Below, piece by piece: positions 1-8,804 of a stretch of DNA of 64,000 bases. Below the pieces are notes generated by a model that was given only the letters and a program-made list of their open reading frames with translations, was not told the origin of the DNA and made no database searches. This DNA comes from Candidatus Bathyarchaeota archaeon (GTDB lineage Archaea > Thermoproteota > Bathyarchaeia > Bathyarchaeales > Bathycorpusculaceae). The stretch covers positions 1 to 64,000 of the forward strand of contig JAOULW010000005.1 in NCBI GenBank assembly GCA_029881805.1. The letters run 5' to 3'. Within the stretch, counting starts at the first letter, position 1; the number at the start of each line of letters is the position of its first letter. A program made the translations under genes and the position numbers.

Positions 1-194
1 GCCCATAGAGTAACCATAGCACTTCTCATTGGAAAATAATTTAAGTCTATGTATGACGATAAGCCAAGGCTTTCCCTAAGCTCCCCTGCGTCCACATTTG
101 AGGTCAATGGCAGTTCAACATCATAGATGGTTCCATCTAAATCTTTGTATAGAATAAACTTCTTGGGCAAATCAGCCGTAGATTCTTTTCCCAT
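1..194 (-). CDS. hypothetical protein, N-terminal part; gene runs off the window start
   Basis: Open minus-strand frame from ATG at 194 to the window edge (MGKESTADLPKKFILYKDLDGTIYDVELPLTSNVDAGELRESLGLSSYIDLNYF...). Absent from the ORF track because it is truncated. Confidence 0.35.
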   Translation of the reverse strand, partial: MGKESTADLPKKFILYKDLDGTIYDVELPLTSNVDAGELRESLGLSSYIDLNYFPMRSAMVTLW

Positions 195-317
195 TTTAAA
201 CGCCCCTAACAGATAGTCTCGTTATTCAACATCATCCATAAATACTTTAAGTAGTTCCACACTAAAAACGCGACGCGAAATACATAAACATTATTTCTCA
301 TCACGTAAGGAATAAGG

Positions 318-329
318 CATATATTTTAT
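318..329 (+). promoter_or_regulatory. archaeal TATA box for the downstream tRNA
   Basis: catatattttat lies about 30 bp upstream of the tRNA 5' end at 360, a typical archaeal promoter geometry. Confidence 0.4.
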
Positions 330-359
330 CCTTCACAGTTAATCTAATGCTCCAAAAGA

Positions 360-530
360 GGGGCCGTAGTCTAGGCAGGAATGACGACGGGCTCCAGAAA
401 GTAGCAAACGGGTTTGCGGACCATCGCTTTGGGATGAAGAAGTTCTGGAGCGGTCAGGAGAAACCCGTAGGAACAGCCCAGCGCTGTTTCCGGGTAAAGG
501 TCGTCGGTTCAAATCCGGCCGGCCCCACCA
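360..530 (+). tRNA. tRNA, probably Trp (anticodon CCA), with a canonical ~65-nt intron and extra sequence near the variable/T region; CCA is encoded
   Basis: Acceptor GGGGCCG/CGGCCCC, discriminator A, then CCA. T-arm GTCGG-TTCAAAT-CCGGC. Anticodon stem ACGGG, loop CUCCAG|A split after nt 37. Intron 3' region CUGGAGC pairs with exon GCUCCAG (a BHB-like helix). Total 171 nt. Confidence 0.6.
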
Positions 531-622
531 AAAGCCCCCTTTTGCAAAAATAAACAACCTTGGTTGAGCATTTGGAGAAATAGATTCGGAGCAAGCAGTT
601 TTGCCCAGCTTCTCTCTATCGA

Positions 623-2497
623 CTATTTACGCAGCTTCCTCAGAGCCTTATCAACATCTCCCAATTCCAGCTTCTCAAGAGTCTCCGACTTCGGCACTCC
701 GTTCTCGTCCCAACCAGCCTCCTGATAATACTCCTGCACGCTCTCCCTCACGCTGGTTCTGTCAGCAGCTTTCCCCTTATATGGCCCCGAAGGCAACGGC
801 TCATAGAATCTGCTTGGGTTATCGTCATGAACTTTCGGGTTCCACTTCAAATCTGGTCCTCCTAAAAGCAATAATGCCCGTTGTATCTGCAACGTCTTTA
901 ACCCGCCACCTTTGCCCCAATTCTCACGCGTCAACTCTAGACCCGTGACTGCATTGTAAAAGTCAAACTTCAAATTCCTAGGCAAACCAAAACCACCACT
1001 GAAATTGCAGCAGATCGCTGAATCATTGAACACTGCCCATACTTCACCCAAAGCCCCGTCCACAGGCAAGTCGGTTATTGATGTGTGATCGCCACATTGA
1101 ACTGAACACGCATATCCTATGTCGGTCGAAAAGTCTTTGCCGCTGCGAATGCCATGGGCACCAATCCCGATGCCTTTACTCTGAACAGCATACTGTAGCA
1201 CGTCTTTGCCTTTCATCTTTCCTATCTTCAATGCTGCCCGATACGTGCCTTCAGCCAATAAGTTGCCAACGCCTTCCCTCAAGGCAATTTTCTTTGCCAA
1301 CTTGGCGAAAGCTTCAGTGTCTCCCCATTTCAATTCTATGCCGTCCAGATCATTCTTGGACAAGATACCCCTCTGGAACAGTTCAGCAGCAAAACCCATA
1401 ACATTGCCTGTCTGAATGCCGCACAGCCCGAGATCATCGATCAAGGAAGCCATAAACACGTCTTCTTCAGGCGTAAAAATACCTAGGTTGGGGCCTAGAT
1501 ATGCCTGCAATTCATAATCGGGATTATCAGTTATCGCCCCCTTAAACTTGCCAGACTTGACAAACGCGATCTTCAGACAGTTTGTGGGACAGCCAAAGTC
1601 ACTCCAAGACTGCTTCACCCAAACCCTATTCTCAAACTGGTCAACACCATAGCTTTTCTCATCATGCCACTCTTCCTGCCAATTCCTGATAGGCTCAGAA
1701 CTCGACTTTGCAGCAAACGAGTAACCGCCACCGCCCGTTCCCCACCGTCTCCACAACACATTTTCATACGCACTCTTATCTACGGCGTTAATCATCCGCC
1801 TGACTTTTCCAAGGTCGGCAACCTCAGGCAGCGGGCCAGTACCCTTAACGGCGACCGCCTTAAGATTCTTCGAACCCATAACCGCTCCGTAACCGCCGTA
1901 GCCTGCTGCATGCGTCCACTTAGCCACAACCACCGCGGTTCGAACCTTATTCTCGCCTGCGGGACCAATGTACAATTTTGCAGGCTCCTTCCACTCACCA
2001 TAACGCGGGTAACGCTCACTCAACAGTCGCCTACATTCCTTGTTAAGCAACGTGTTCGTTTCTTTGCCATCCTTACCCCAAATGCGGCTTGCATCTCTGA
2101 TCTCAACATCCGAGTCTTTAATGAACACGTAAACGGGCTTCTCAGCCTGTCCCGTAACAATGACGCCGTCATACCCGGCGCAGCGCAATTCAACTCCGAA
2201 CTCGCCGCCAACAGTTGAACCCACAACCCCATTACTCTGCGGAGACTTGCCCGAGACGCAAACTCTGCCGCCTGGGAAAAAACCTGTAAGCGGTCCAGGC
2301 AGAAAAAGCAGAACATTGTCAGGGCCAAGCGGATCCAGCTCCTCCCATTCACCGATCAATCTATCGCAAAGGATTTTTGCTGCAAGTCCCCTGCCCCCTA
2401 CGTAATCCTTCAACAACTCATCGTCAAACGTAACGTCTTTGAAAGCGCCTTCTGAAAGACCAATCTCCAAGAATTTTCCAGCATAACCCAATATCAA
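623..2497 (-). CDS. aor: tungsten-containing aldehyde:ferredoxin oxidoreductase (AOR family)
   Basis: 624-aa ORF with full-length AOR-family similarity (N-terminal AFOR_N and C-terminal AFOR_C style sequence). The start overlaps the upstream ferredoxin stop (ATGA). Confidence 0.9.
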   Translation of the reverse strand: MILGYAGKFLEIGLSEGAFKDVTFDDELLKDYVGGRGLAAKILCDRLIGEWEELDPLGPDNVLLFLPGPLTGFFPGGRVCVSGKSPQSNGVVGSTVGGEFGVELRCAGYDGVIVTGQAEKPVYVFIKDSDVEIRDASRIWGKDGKETNTLLNKECRRLLSERYPRYGEWKEPAKLYIGPAGENKVRTAVVVAKWTHAAGYGGYGAVMGSKNLKAVAVKGTGPLPEVADLGKVRRMINAVDKSAYENVLWRRWGTGGGGYSFAAKSSSEPIRNWQEEWHDEKSYGVDQFENRVWVKQSWSDFGCPTNCLKIAFVKSGKFKGAITDNPDYELQAYLGPNLGIFTPEEDVFMASLIDDLGLCGIQTGNVMGFAAELFQRGILSKNDLDGIELKWGDTEAFAKLAKKIALREGVGNLLAEGTYRAALKIGKMKGKDVLQYAVQSKGIGIGAHGIRSGKDFSTDIGYACSVQCGDHTSITDLPVDGALGEVWAVFNDSAICCNFSGGFGLPRNLKFDFYNAVTGLELTRENWGKGGGLKTLQIQRALLLLGGPDLKWNPKVHDDNPSRFYEPLPSGPYKGKAADRTSVRESVQEYYQEAGWDENGVPKSETLEKLELGDVDKALRKLRK

Positions 2498-3021
2498 ATG
2501 AACTCCTCCGCCTTCTCTCCATACAATTTAATCGCAAGACTCCTAGTCTGCTCCTCAGGCTTACGTGCGTAAAGCCTGTACGGATGTTCTCCTCTCGTAA
2601 CGGTTTTCAAGACGTTCCATCCCCCTTCTTGGCAGACCTTCACGCATTGCGGATTGCCATTGCATAGGTCACAGATTACGATTTTCTTATCTGCTGGGTG
2701 CATATGTGGGATTCTTCCAGGACATGCTTCTATGCATTTTCCGCAACCAGTGCACTTCTCATCGTTCACCAAAACAGCGCTAGTTTTTCTGCTTATAGAC
2801 AAGGCCTTAAACGGACATGCTTCAACACATGGATAGTCTTCACATTGCGCACACAGATGCGGAAAATCTGCGCCTGGAACCAACATGAAAACCCTCACTC
2901 TTGATGCTTCCGGCCAGATCCTGTTCTCGTGATGAAGCGAACAGGCAATCTCACATTTGCGGCATCCGCTGCATTTCGAAAGGTCTCTCGCTATCCAAAT
3001 AGGCTCCTTCCTTGTTGCCAA
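2494..3021 (-). CDS. 4Fe-4S polyferredoxin, partner of AOR
   Basis: 175 aa with four CxxCxxCxxxCP-type cluster motifs. Overlaps the AOR start by 4 nt, indicating an operon. Confidence 0.8.
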   Translation of the reverse strand: MATRKEPIWIARDLSKCSGCRKCEIACSLHHENRIWPEASRVRVFMLVPGADFPHLCAQCEDYPCVEACPFKALSISRKTSAVLVNDEKCTGCGKCIEACPGRIPHMHPADKKIVICDLCNGNPQCVKVCQEGGWNVLKTVTRGEHPYRLYARKPEEQTRSLAIKLYGEKAEEFI

Positions 3022-3213
3022 ACCAATTAGCCTTCCCTAAAACTCTTGAGAAAATGTTTCTAGAGTCTGCCTAAATTTAAACATGATGTTTTCACATGGG
3101 CAAGGTTTCAATTGAGTTCTGCAATGCGGTTTGATGGTGAAAACTTTAAGTCAACTATACTACGAGCATGCAAGAGCTTGTGTACAAAGCAGAATCGTAG
3201 AATTTAAACTCAA

Positions 3214-3708
3214 GTGCGCGCGCGCAAGCGCGCCAGAGAACTTGAATACTTCACTTTGGACATTTGCCTATGTAAGGTAATCAAGTTCCAAGTTGAGCCG
3301 CAGAGCTTCGAAGTCGGTCAAGAAGTGAACATAAGCCTCAGAATCAGAAACACTGGTTCTAGAGACCTCACGGGGACGTGCATACTTAAGGTGCAAGAAA
3401 CCGAATGTATAGTTCAAGAATTCACCCACGATTTTTCCGCATTAGCTCCGGGCAATAACCTCACGTTCAGCTCAGCATGGAATACATCTGCAGCCAAGAA
3501 AGGCGTGGTCTAACACGTACTTGGATATGTTTCCTACGAAGGCCAAACGACTCCGCCAATTACAGCATTGATAACCTCAACCAAAGAACAGCCTCAATGG
3601 AATCTTCCCATACCGGAACTTTTGGTAATAGCTTTGGCAATCATAGTAATTCTAATCGTTAGCATAAGCGTTTTAGCCCTTCGTTTCCGCAGACGCCACA
3701 GCAGTTGA
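3214..3708 (+). pseudogene. CARDB-like cell-surface protein remnant with an in-frame TAA and a C-terminal TM anchor
   Basis: GTG-initiated ORF encodes a CARDB-like beta-sandwich segment with no signal peptide. TAA at 3511-3513, then the same frame continues to 3708 encoding PIPELLVIALAIIVILIVSISVLALRFRRRHSS (hydrophobic anchor plus basic tail). Confidence 0.4.
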
Positions 3709-4131
3709 ACAATGAATCAACAAGATATCGCAGACCTTTCTAGCGCGGACTGGATGTGGTTTCTAGACGTTTAGAATTACTCAAGTTTGAAGGTTTGACT
3801 AGGCGGGTGAGATTTGAACCTCACACACAAATTGAGAGGCTCGATCTCCCTATTCAGGGTAGTGCTTTACTTATTTACGATTTGAACAACACCCCATAAA
3901 GCAAAACCAGAACAAGTAAGGGTCAATGCAAATATCTTATACTAAATTTAACATCAAAACCTAACTTGTAACTTAACTATATATAGGTTGAACATTCTCT
4001 CAAAAGTTGTTTCTGGTTTTTCCACATTTCCTAATTTCACTTTCTGAACAACACAAGTGCGTTATTGATGCAAAACGAAATATTGTCTAGGTGATACTTT
4101 TAAACCTAAACAGAGTGAGAGGCAGGTAGGT

Positions 4132-5427
4132 ATTACGATAAACTATAACTTTGAAACAAGTGAAAAGTTCGCGCGCAAACTCGACTCAGAGGACCCTCTT
4201 GCAAAATTTCGACGGAAATTTTACATTCCTAAAGAAACAATCTATGTAGACGGAAATTCTCTCGGCCTTTTGTCAAAGGATTCTGAAAGCTCAGTTTTCC
4301 GCGTATTGGACGAATGGAAGACCTTAGGAATAAGAGGCTGGCTCGAAGCAAACCACCCATGGTTTTACTTTGCTGAAGAACTTGGCGCAATGTGCGCAAA
4401 AATCGTCGGTGCAGAATCCGAAGAAGTCGTTGCCACAAGTGCAACTACAGTCAACATACATTCGCTTGTAAATACATTTTATCAGCCAAGTGGAAAAAAG
4501 AGAAGGATACTTGCTGACGAGCTTACTTTTCCAACGGACATATATGCCCTAAGAAGCGTGATGAAACTAAGAGGACTGAATCCCAGCGACAATCTAATTC
4601 TCGTTCAAAGCGAGGACGGACGTTTCTTAGACGAAAAAAAGATTGTTGAATTAATGGATGAGAATATCGCGTTAGTTTTTCTTCCTTCAGTGCTATACAG
4701 AAGCGGGCAGCTTCTCAAAATGAAATATCTTGTGGAGGAAGCCCATCGCAGAGAAATATCAATAGGCTTTGATTGCTCTCACTCCGTCGGCGTAGTACCA
4801 CACTACTTCGACAAGTGGGATGTAGATTTTGCCCTCTGGTGCAGTTACAAATATTTGAACGGAGGTCCTGGCGGCACAGCCTTTCTATACGTGAATAGAA
4901 AGCATTTTAGTCGTGAGCCGGCGCTTGCTGGCTGGTTCGGATACGTTAAAGAAAAACAGTTCAATTTGTCTCTGAAGTTTGAGCACTCTAGGAGCGCTGG
5001 AGGATGGCAGATTTCGTCTCCAGCGATTTTGAGTTCTGCGCCGATTGAGGGCTCGCTAAGGATTATTCTTGAAGCTGGAATAGACGCGATAAGAGAGAAA
5101 TCGCTCAAGATGACCTCATATCTAATGTTTTTGGTGGACAAAATCCTGTCTGACAAACCATATAGCTTTACAATAGGGATGCCGCGAGAAGCTGAACGGC
5201 GAGGTGGGCATGTCGCACTTGAGCATGAAGAAAGCATGAGAATAAGCGAAGCTTCAAGGGTGAGAGGCGTCGTCTCTGATTTTAGACCGCCAAATGTTAT
5301 AAGAGTCGCGCCTATACCGCTTTACAACACTTACTGTGAAATCTGGAAAGTTGTTCAACATCTGAAAGAAATAGTTGACAAGAAAGAATATGAAAGGTTT
5401 CCGAAGGAGAGAAAAGAAATATCCTAA
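4132..5427 (+). CDS. kynU: kynureninase (PLP-dependent L-kynurenine hydrolase); start codon uncertain
   Basis: Conserved motifs DPLAKFRRKFYIPK...VDGNSLG, WCSYKYLNGGPGG and RPPNVIRVAPIPLYN match kynureninase. Homology extends upstream of the first ATG/GTG/TTG to about 4140, with no canonical start before TTG at 4270. Confidence 0.8.
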   Translation: MTINYNFETSEKFARKLDSEDPLAKFRRKFYIPKETIYVDGNSLGLLSKDSESSVFRVLDEWKTLGIRGWLEANHPWFYFAEELGAMCAKIVGAESEEVVATSATTVNIHSLVNTFYQPSGKKRRILADELTFPTDIYALRSVMKLRGLNPSDNLILVQSEDGRFLDEKKIVELMDENIALVFLPSVLYRSGQLLKMKYLVEEAHRREISIGFDCSHSVGVVPHYFDKWDVDFALWCSYKYLNGGPGGTAFLYVNRKHFSREPALAGWFGYVKEKQFNLSLKFEHSRSAGGWQISSPAILSSAPIEGSLRIILEAGIDAIREKSLKMTSYLMFLVDKILSDKPYSFTIGMPREAERRGGHVALEHEESMRISEASRVRGVVSDFRPPNVIRVAPIPLYNTYCEIWKVVQHLKEIVDKKEYERFPKERKEIS

Positions 5428-5448
5428 AAAAACGTATAGCTTTTCCAA

Positions 5449-6429
5449 TTATAATGGAAGACTTGCGCCTATTCTCTTCTCCTTTGCCTTCTCATAGACG
5501 AGCTTGGCTGTCGCCATGTCCTCGATAGCTAAGCCTAAATTCATGGACATGATCCGTTCTCCAGAATTTTCTCGTCCATGCTTTTTGCCACTTACGATTT
5601 CGTTTAGCTCAGCATACACTTCTGGCATGTGACGAAAATATCCCTGCTGCTTGTAATATTTCAACTGTTCGACGTCATCTGTACAGAACTTGTCCATCGA
5701 ACGTATTGCCTCTGGCTTCCAATAGGAATCGAAGTCCAAGGCACACGCGAATCCGCCGTCCTTAAACCATAAAGCCTCTATACATGGTTGCGGATTTTTC
5801 AATATTGGACCAGCAGTAACTACCAAGTCGCAGTTTTCCACCGCCTTTCTGGGCGAGTTGACAGAAACGACTTTCACTTCATGCTTAGCGGTCATTTCCT
5901 CAACATATCTGCGCTGGTTTTCAACATCAACATCATACGCTTTTACTTCTTCCAAGTTCTTGAATACAGCCAACAAAGCCTCAAGGTTGCTTCTGCCCTG
6001 AACCCCGCAGCCTAAGACGCCAAAAGCCTTTGAGTCTTCCCTAGCCAAATATTTAGCCGCAACAGCCGTGGCTGCCCCCGTCCTTTTCGCAGTTATCCAA
6101 GTGCAATCCATGACACAAATTGGCAAACCAGTCTCAACGTCATTCAAAATAAGCAAGCCAGAAACATAGGGTAAGCCACGCTGGGGGTTCTCGGGAAAAC
6201 CGCTAACCCATTTGACGCCAGCAGTTTCTATCTTTGACAAGTAAGCGGGCATCGCGTGGATAAACGCGTCCTTTTGAGGGTGAACCCCAGGTTTTGGCGG
6301 CGTCTCCACATTTCCCTTCGCCTTTTCACGAAAAGCTTCTTCAACAACCTTAATGACTCCCTCAACGGAAATGTTCAGCTTCTCTATATCCGCTCGAGAA
6401 AGATAAAGAAGGCTTCCAAGAGAACCCAT
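5449..6429 (-). CDS. ornithine cyclodeaminase / mu-crystallin family protein
   Basis: Rossmann motif GCGVQG and OCD-family similarity throughout. Start assigned to the internal ATG at 6429 (MGSLGSLLYLSRADIEKL...). A TATA-like TTTATA near 6538 on the minus strand places the longer ORF start upstream of the likely TSS. Confidence 0.75.
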   Translation of the reverse strand: MGSLGSLLYLSRADIEKLNISVEGVIKVVEEAFREKAKGNVETPPKPGVHPQKDAFIHAMPAYLSKIETAGVKWVSGFPENPQRGLPYVSGLLILNDVETGLPICVMDCTWITAKRTGAATAVAAKYLAREDSKAFGVLGCGVQGRSNLEALLAVFKNLEEVKAYDVDVENQRRYVEEMTAKHEVKVVSVNSPRKAVENCDLVVTAGPILKNPQPCIEALWFKDGGFACALDFDSYWKPEAIRSMDKFCTDDVEQLKYYKQQGYFRHMPEVYAELNEIVSGKKHGRENSGERIMSMNLGLAIEDMATAKLVYEKAKEKRIGASLPL

Positions 6430-6636
6430 GACCAAGACCCTGTTCTTAAAAGTTGAGATTAAACAGAAAAACCTTGTCATTAAGGATGACGAAAGATTCG
6501 TGTCCACGTTTAAGAGATGTAGCAAAATAGGCTATAAAAGGGAAAGAGCGTAAAGCGTTTTTCTGAATTAGAAATTAACAAATACGGATACCTACCTCCA
6601 AGTTTTCTTTCCAAAGGGTTCTGAATAATTGATTAA

Positions 6637-7752
6637 TTACGATAGTAAATGAATGTTTCCTATTCTTGTGTTTTTCAAGTGTTTCTCTGCCACTTTTTGG
6701 CATTCTGAGGCTTGTTTTCTGCTCGTTGTGGGCAAATCGTTCATTACATAGCGTGGGTAAAAAGCCAATAACGTATATGGAATGTTCGGGTCTATTTCGC
6801 TTATGAATTTGGCAATGTCTTCAACTTCTTCTGCATCTATGTATCCTGGAACAAGTAGCGTACTGGCAGAAAGCAAAGGTAACTCCACGCGTTGCTTATG
6901 GAGGCGTTCACCTATCGTTTTAAAGTTAGCTAATGTCGAGTTGTTTGAAACTCCGCACAGGGCGACGTTCAATTTTTCGCTAAAAGCTTTCAAGTCGAAT
7001 TTTATGTTACCGCCGCTTTCCAAGGCATATTCTGCAGCCTTTTCCCCTAGCTTTGCGTTCATGTTGCCATTGGTTTCCCAGCAGATGCGAAAAATGCGCT
7101 TTTCAGCTCTGGCCTTTTCCGTTACTATGCGACTCACTTCAAGCGAGTGTGGCATTTGAGGAGACGGGTCGCCGCCAAAAAAGCACACGCAAGAAACATG
7201 TTTGTCATCAGTCTTAGCAGCTAAGGCTTCAGCACTCACAACAGGCTTTTGTTTTGCCGACAACTTGCGGTAATGCCAATTCTGACAAAATAGACAATCG
7301 TAGCTGTAAGCGCCATAAAAAACAGCTAAATTAGAATATCCATGTTCAGCTTCCGGCTTGTAGGCGTATTTCGGATAGCCTCTTCCTGTGCAGCCGGGAC
7401 AGAACCACCAGCTAACGCAGTTAGTTGGCAAACCATCATAATACCACTCTAAAATGCCTCTTTCCGTTGAGCCTCCGAAGCGAACCAGACGCCCACCTAC
7501 GTTCCTAACAAGACCACAAAATCCACTATTGCCAGCACTGATTACGCAATCGTTGGCACAAACTCCACAGGGCAGTCCTCCAGCATCTTTAGGCGGTTCT
7601 GATGCCAAGCCGAAAACAGCCCGACTTTTTGCGTGCACGTTTCCCGTGATCTCAAAAGCTCTTTCAGGCTTTCCTCTAATGCACTTCACGCAGACTCCAA
7701 GGTTCTCCGAAATGGTCACAGCCTTCTCGCCGCAGATCTGACACTTTCCCAT
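6637..7752 (-). CDS. PflX/COG1313-like radical-SAM-related Fe-S protein
   Basis: N-terminal CxxC...CxxC zinc ribbon, CGVCANDC motif, and a ...YDCLFCQNW motif resembling the activase CxxxCxxCQNW signature. Confidence 0.5.
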   Translation of the reverse strand: MGKCQICGEKAVTISENLGVCVKCIRGKPERAFEITGNVHAKSRAVFGLASEPPKDAGGLPCGVCANDCVISAGNSGFCGLVRNVGGRLVRFGGSTERGILEWYYDGLPTNCVSWWFCPGCTGRGYPKYAYKPEAEHGYSNLAVFYGAYSYDCLFCQNWHYRKLSAKQKPVVSAEALAAKTDDKHVSCVCFFGGDPSPQMPHSLEVSRIVTEKARAEKRIFRICWETNGNMNAKLGEKAAEYALESGGNIKFDLKAFSEKLNVALCGVSNNSTLANFKTIGERLHKQRVELPLLSASTLLVPGYIDAEEVEDIAKFISEIDPNIPYTLLAFYPRYVMNDLPTTSRKQASECQKVAEKHLKNTRIGNIHLLS

Positions 7753-7885
7753 AAAAGGGGAACTCCATAGAAACTTGGCAGACTTTGAGATATAACTCTC
7801 TCCAAAAAAACTAAACCTGTAGTGAAAGAATTGCTGAGTAAAGAAAATGTACTACTGAAAGCAAACTATTACATGGGAAATATCG

Positions 7886-8356
7886 ATGATTCGCCAAATG
7901 AAAAAAGGAGAAGAAAACAAGATTAGAATGCTTATTGCAAAACTCAGTTTCGAAGATCAAAATTTCTGGCGAAAACAGACTAAAACGTTAGAAGAATACC
8001 TAGCCGAGAGCAGCAGCATACCTATAAGTTAAGGAATCGAGGGAAAGAACCTCATCTTTGTCGCGGAAGAAGACGGCAAGATTGCGGGCTTTTGCTGGTG
8101 CACCATAGTAGACCGAGGAGTAGATAAGCAAGGCGAAATAGCCGAATTCTACATTGAAAGAGAGCACAGAGGCAAGGGCATAGGTGAGAAACTGATAAAT
8201 GCAGCCAGACAACTCTTCATCAAGGAACATGTTGAAGTAGCATTCGTGTGGACACATCACGGCAACGAACCTGCCATAAAATTCTATAGAGATGCAGGTT
8301 TCAAGGAAATTGACCAGCTAGTGATGGCTTTTGTTCCATCAAAGGGTGACGGCTAG
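7886..8356 (+). pseudogene. GNAT family N-acetyltransferase interrupted by an in-frame TAA
   Basis: ATG at 7886 opens 48 codons, then TAA at 8030-8032, then the same frame continues (GIEGKNLIFVAEEDGKIAGF...FYIERAHRGKGIGEKL...FYRDAGF) to TAG at 8354-8356. This is the typical GNAT core. Confidence 0.6.
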
Positions 8357-8646
8357 CCGCCACCCACAGGTGGTATTATAGCCAAAATGTCGCCGTCCGC
8401 AAGTCTTGTCTTCAATCCCTCAAGCGTCGTTGCACTTCTCCCGTTTACGAGAAACTGCAAGAAACTTTTAACTTCATGGGTTTTGCTTTCATAAACATAT
8501 TCAACGAAGCTTCGGCCATATTGTCTGGCTAGCTTTTTGAGAACATTTTCCACGGTAACAGTTTCATCGTTTGGAAACTGCAGAGTTTCCTCTCTCTTGC
8601 AAGTTATCTCCCTCAAACTTGTGAAGAATCTCACCGAGATTTGCAA
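8353..8646 (-). CDS. MoaD/ThiS-family small sulfur carrier or ubiquitin-like protein (SAMP-like)
   Basis: 97-aa beta-grasp-sized protein ending in a C-terminal Gly-Gly (..IIPPVGGG). Confidence 0.65.
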   Translation of the reverse strand: MQISVRFFTSLREITCKREETLQFPNDETVTVENVLKKLARQYGRSFVEYVYESKTHEVKSFLQFLVNGRSATTLEGLKTRLADGDILAIIPPVGGG

Positions 8647-8728
8647 GGTTTAGTCACTAGTATGATAGGTTACAATCCAAAATTTAAACTGTTACTCATT
8701 AAATATGCAATTTGAAGAAACCTGGGTA

Positions 8729-8798
8729 AAAGTTTATATTTCAGAGCATTTTGCTTATTCCGAATAGAAAAAATATAGTTTAAACCTTGAATGGAGGT
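8729..8798 (+). promoter_or_regulatory. thermosome promoter region with TATA-like box and GGAGGT ribosome-binding site
   Basis: aaagtttatatttc (8729-8742) and GGAGGT at 8793-8798, 6 nt before ATG 8805. Confidence 0.4.
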
Positions 8799-8804
8799 TA
8801 GTGT

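Noticed and set aside
380-450. Possible box C/D guide RNA inside the tRNA-Trp intron (AUGACGA and AUGAAGA box-C-like elements)
   Set aside because: No CUGA box D or D' anywhere in the intron, so a canonical C/D sRNA is not supported.
601-2405. Several plus-strand ORFs (601-948, 1078-1401, 1664-2218, 2160-2405) overlapping the AOR gene
   Set aside because: Shadow ORFs of the well-supported minus-strand AOR coding sequence.
3804-3823. tRNA T-arm-like hairpin GGGTGAGATTTGAACCTCAC in a 560-bp AT-rich gap (possible tRNA or att remnant)
   Set aside because: Stem and loop geometry does not fit a tRNA T-arm (8-9 nt loop, no acceptor partner nearby). No repeat of it elsewhere in the window. Probably a coincidental hairpin.
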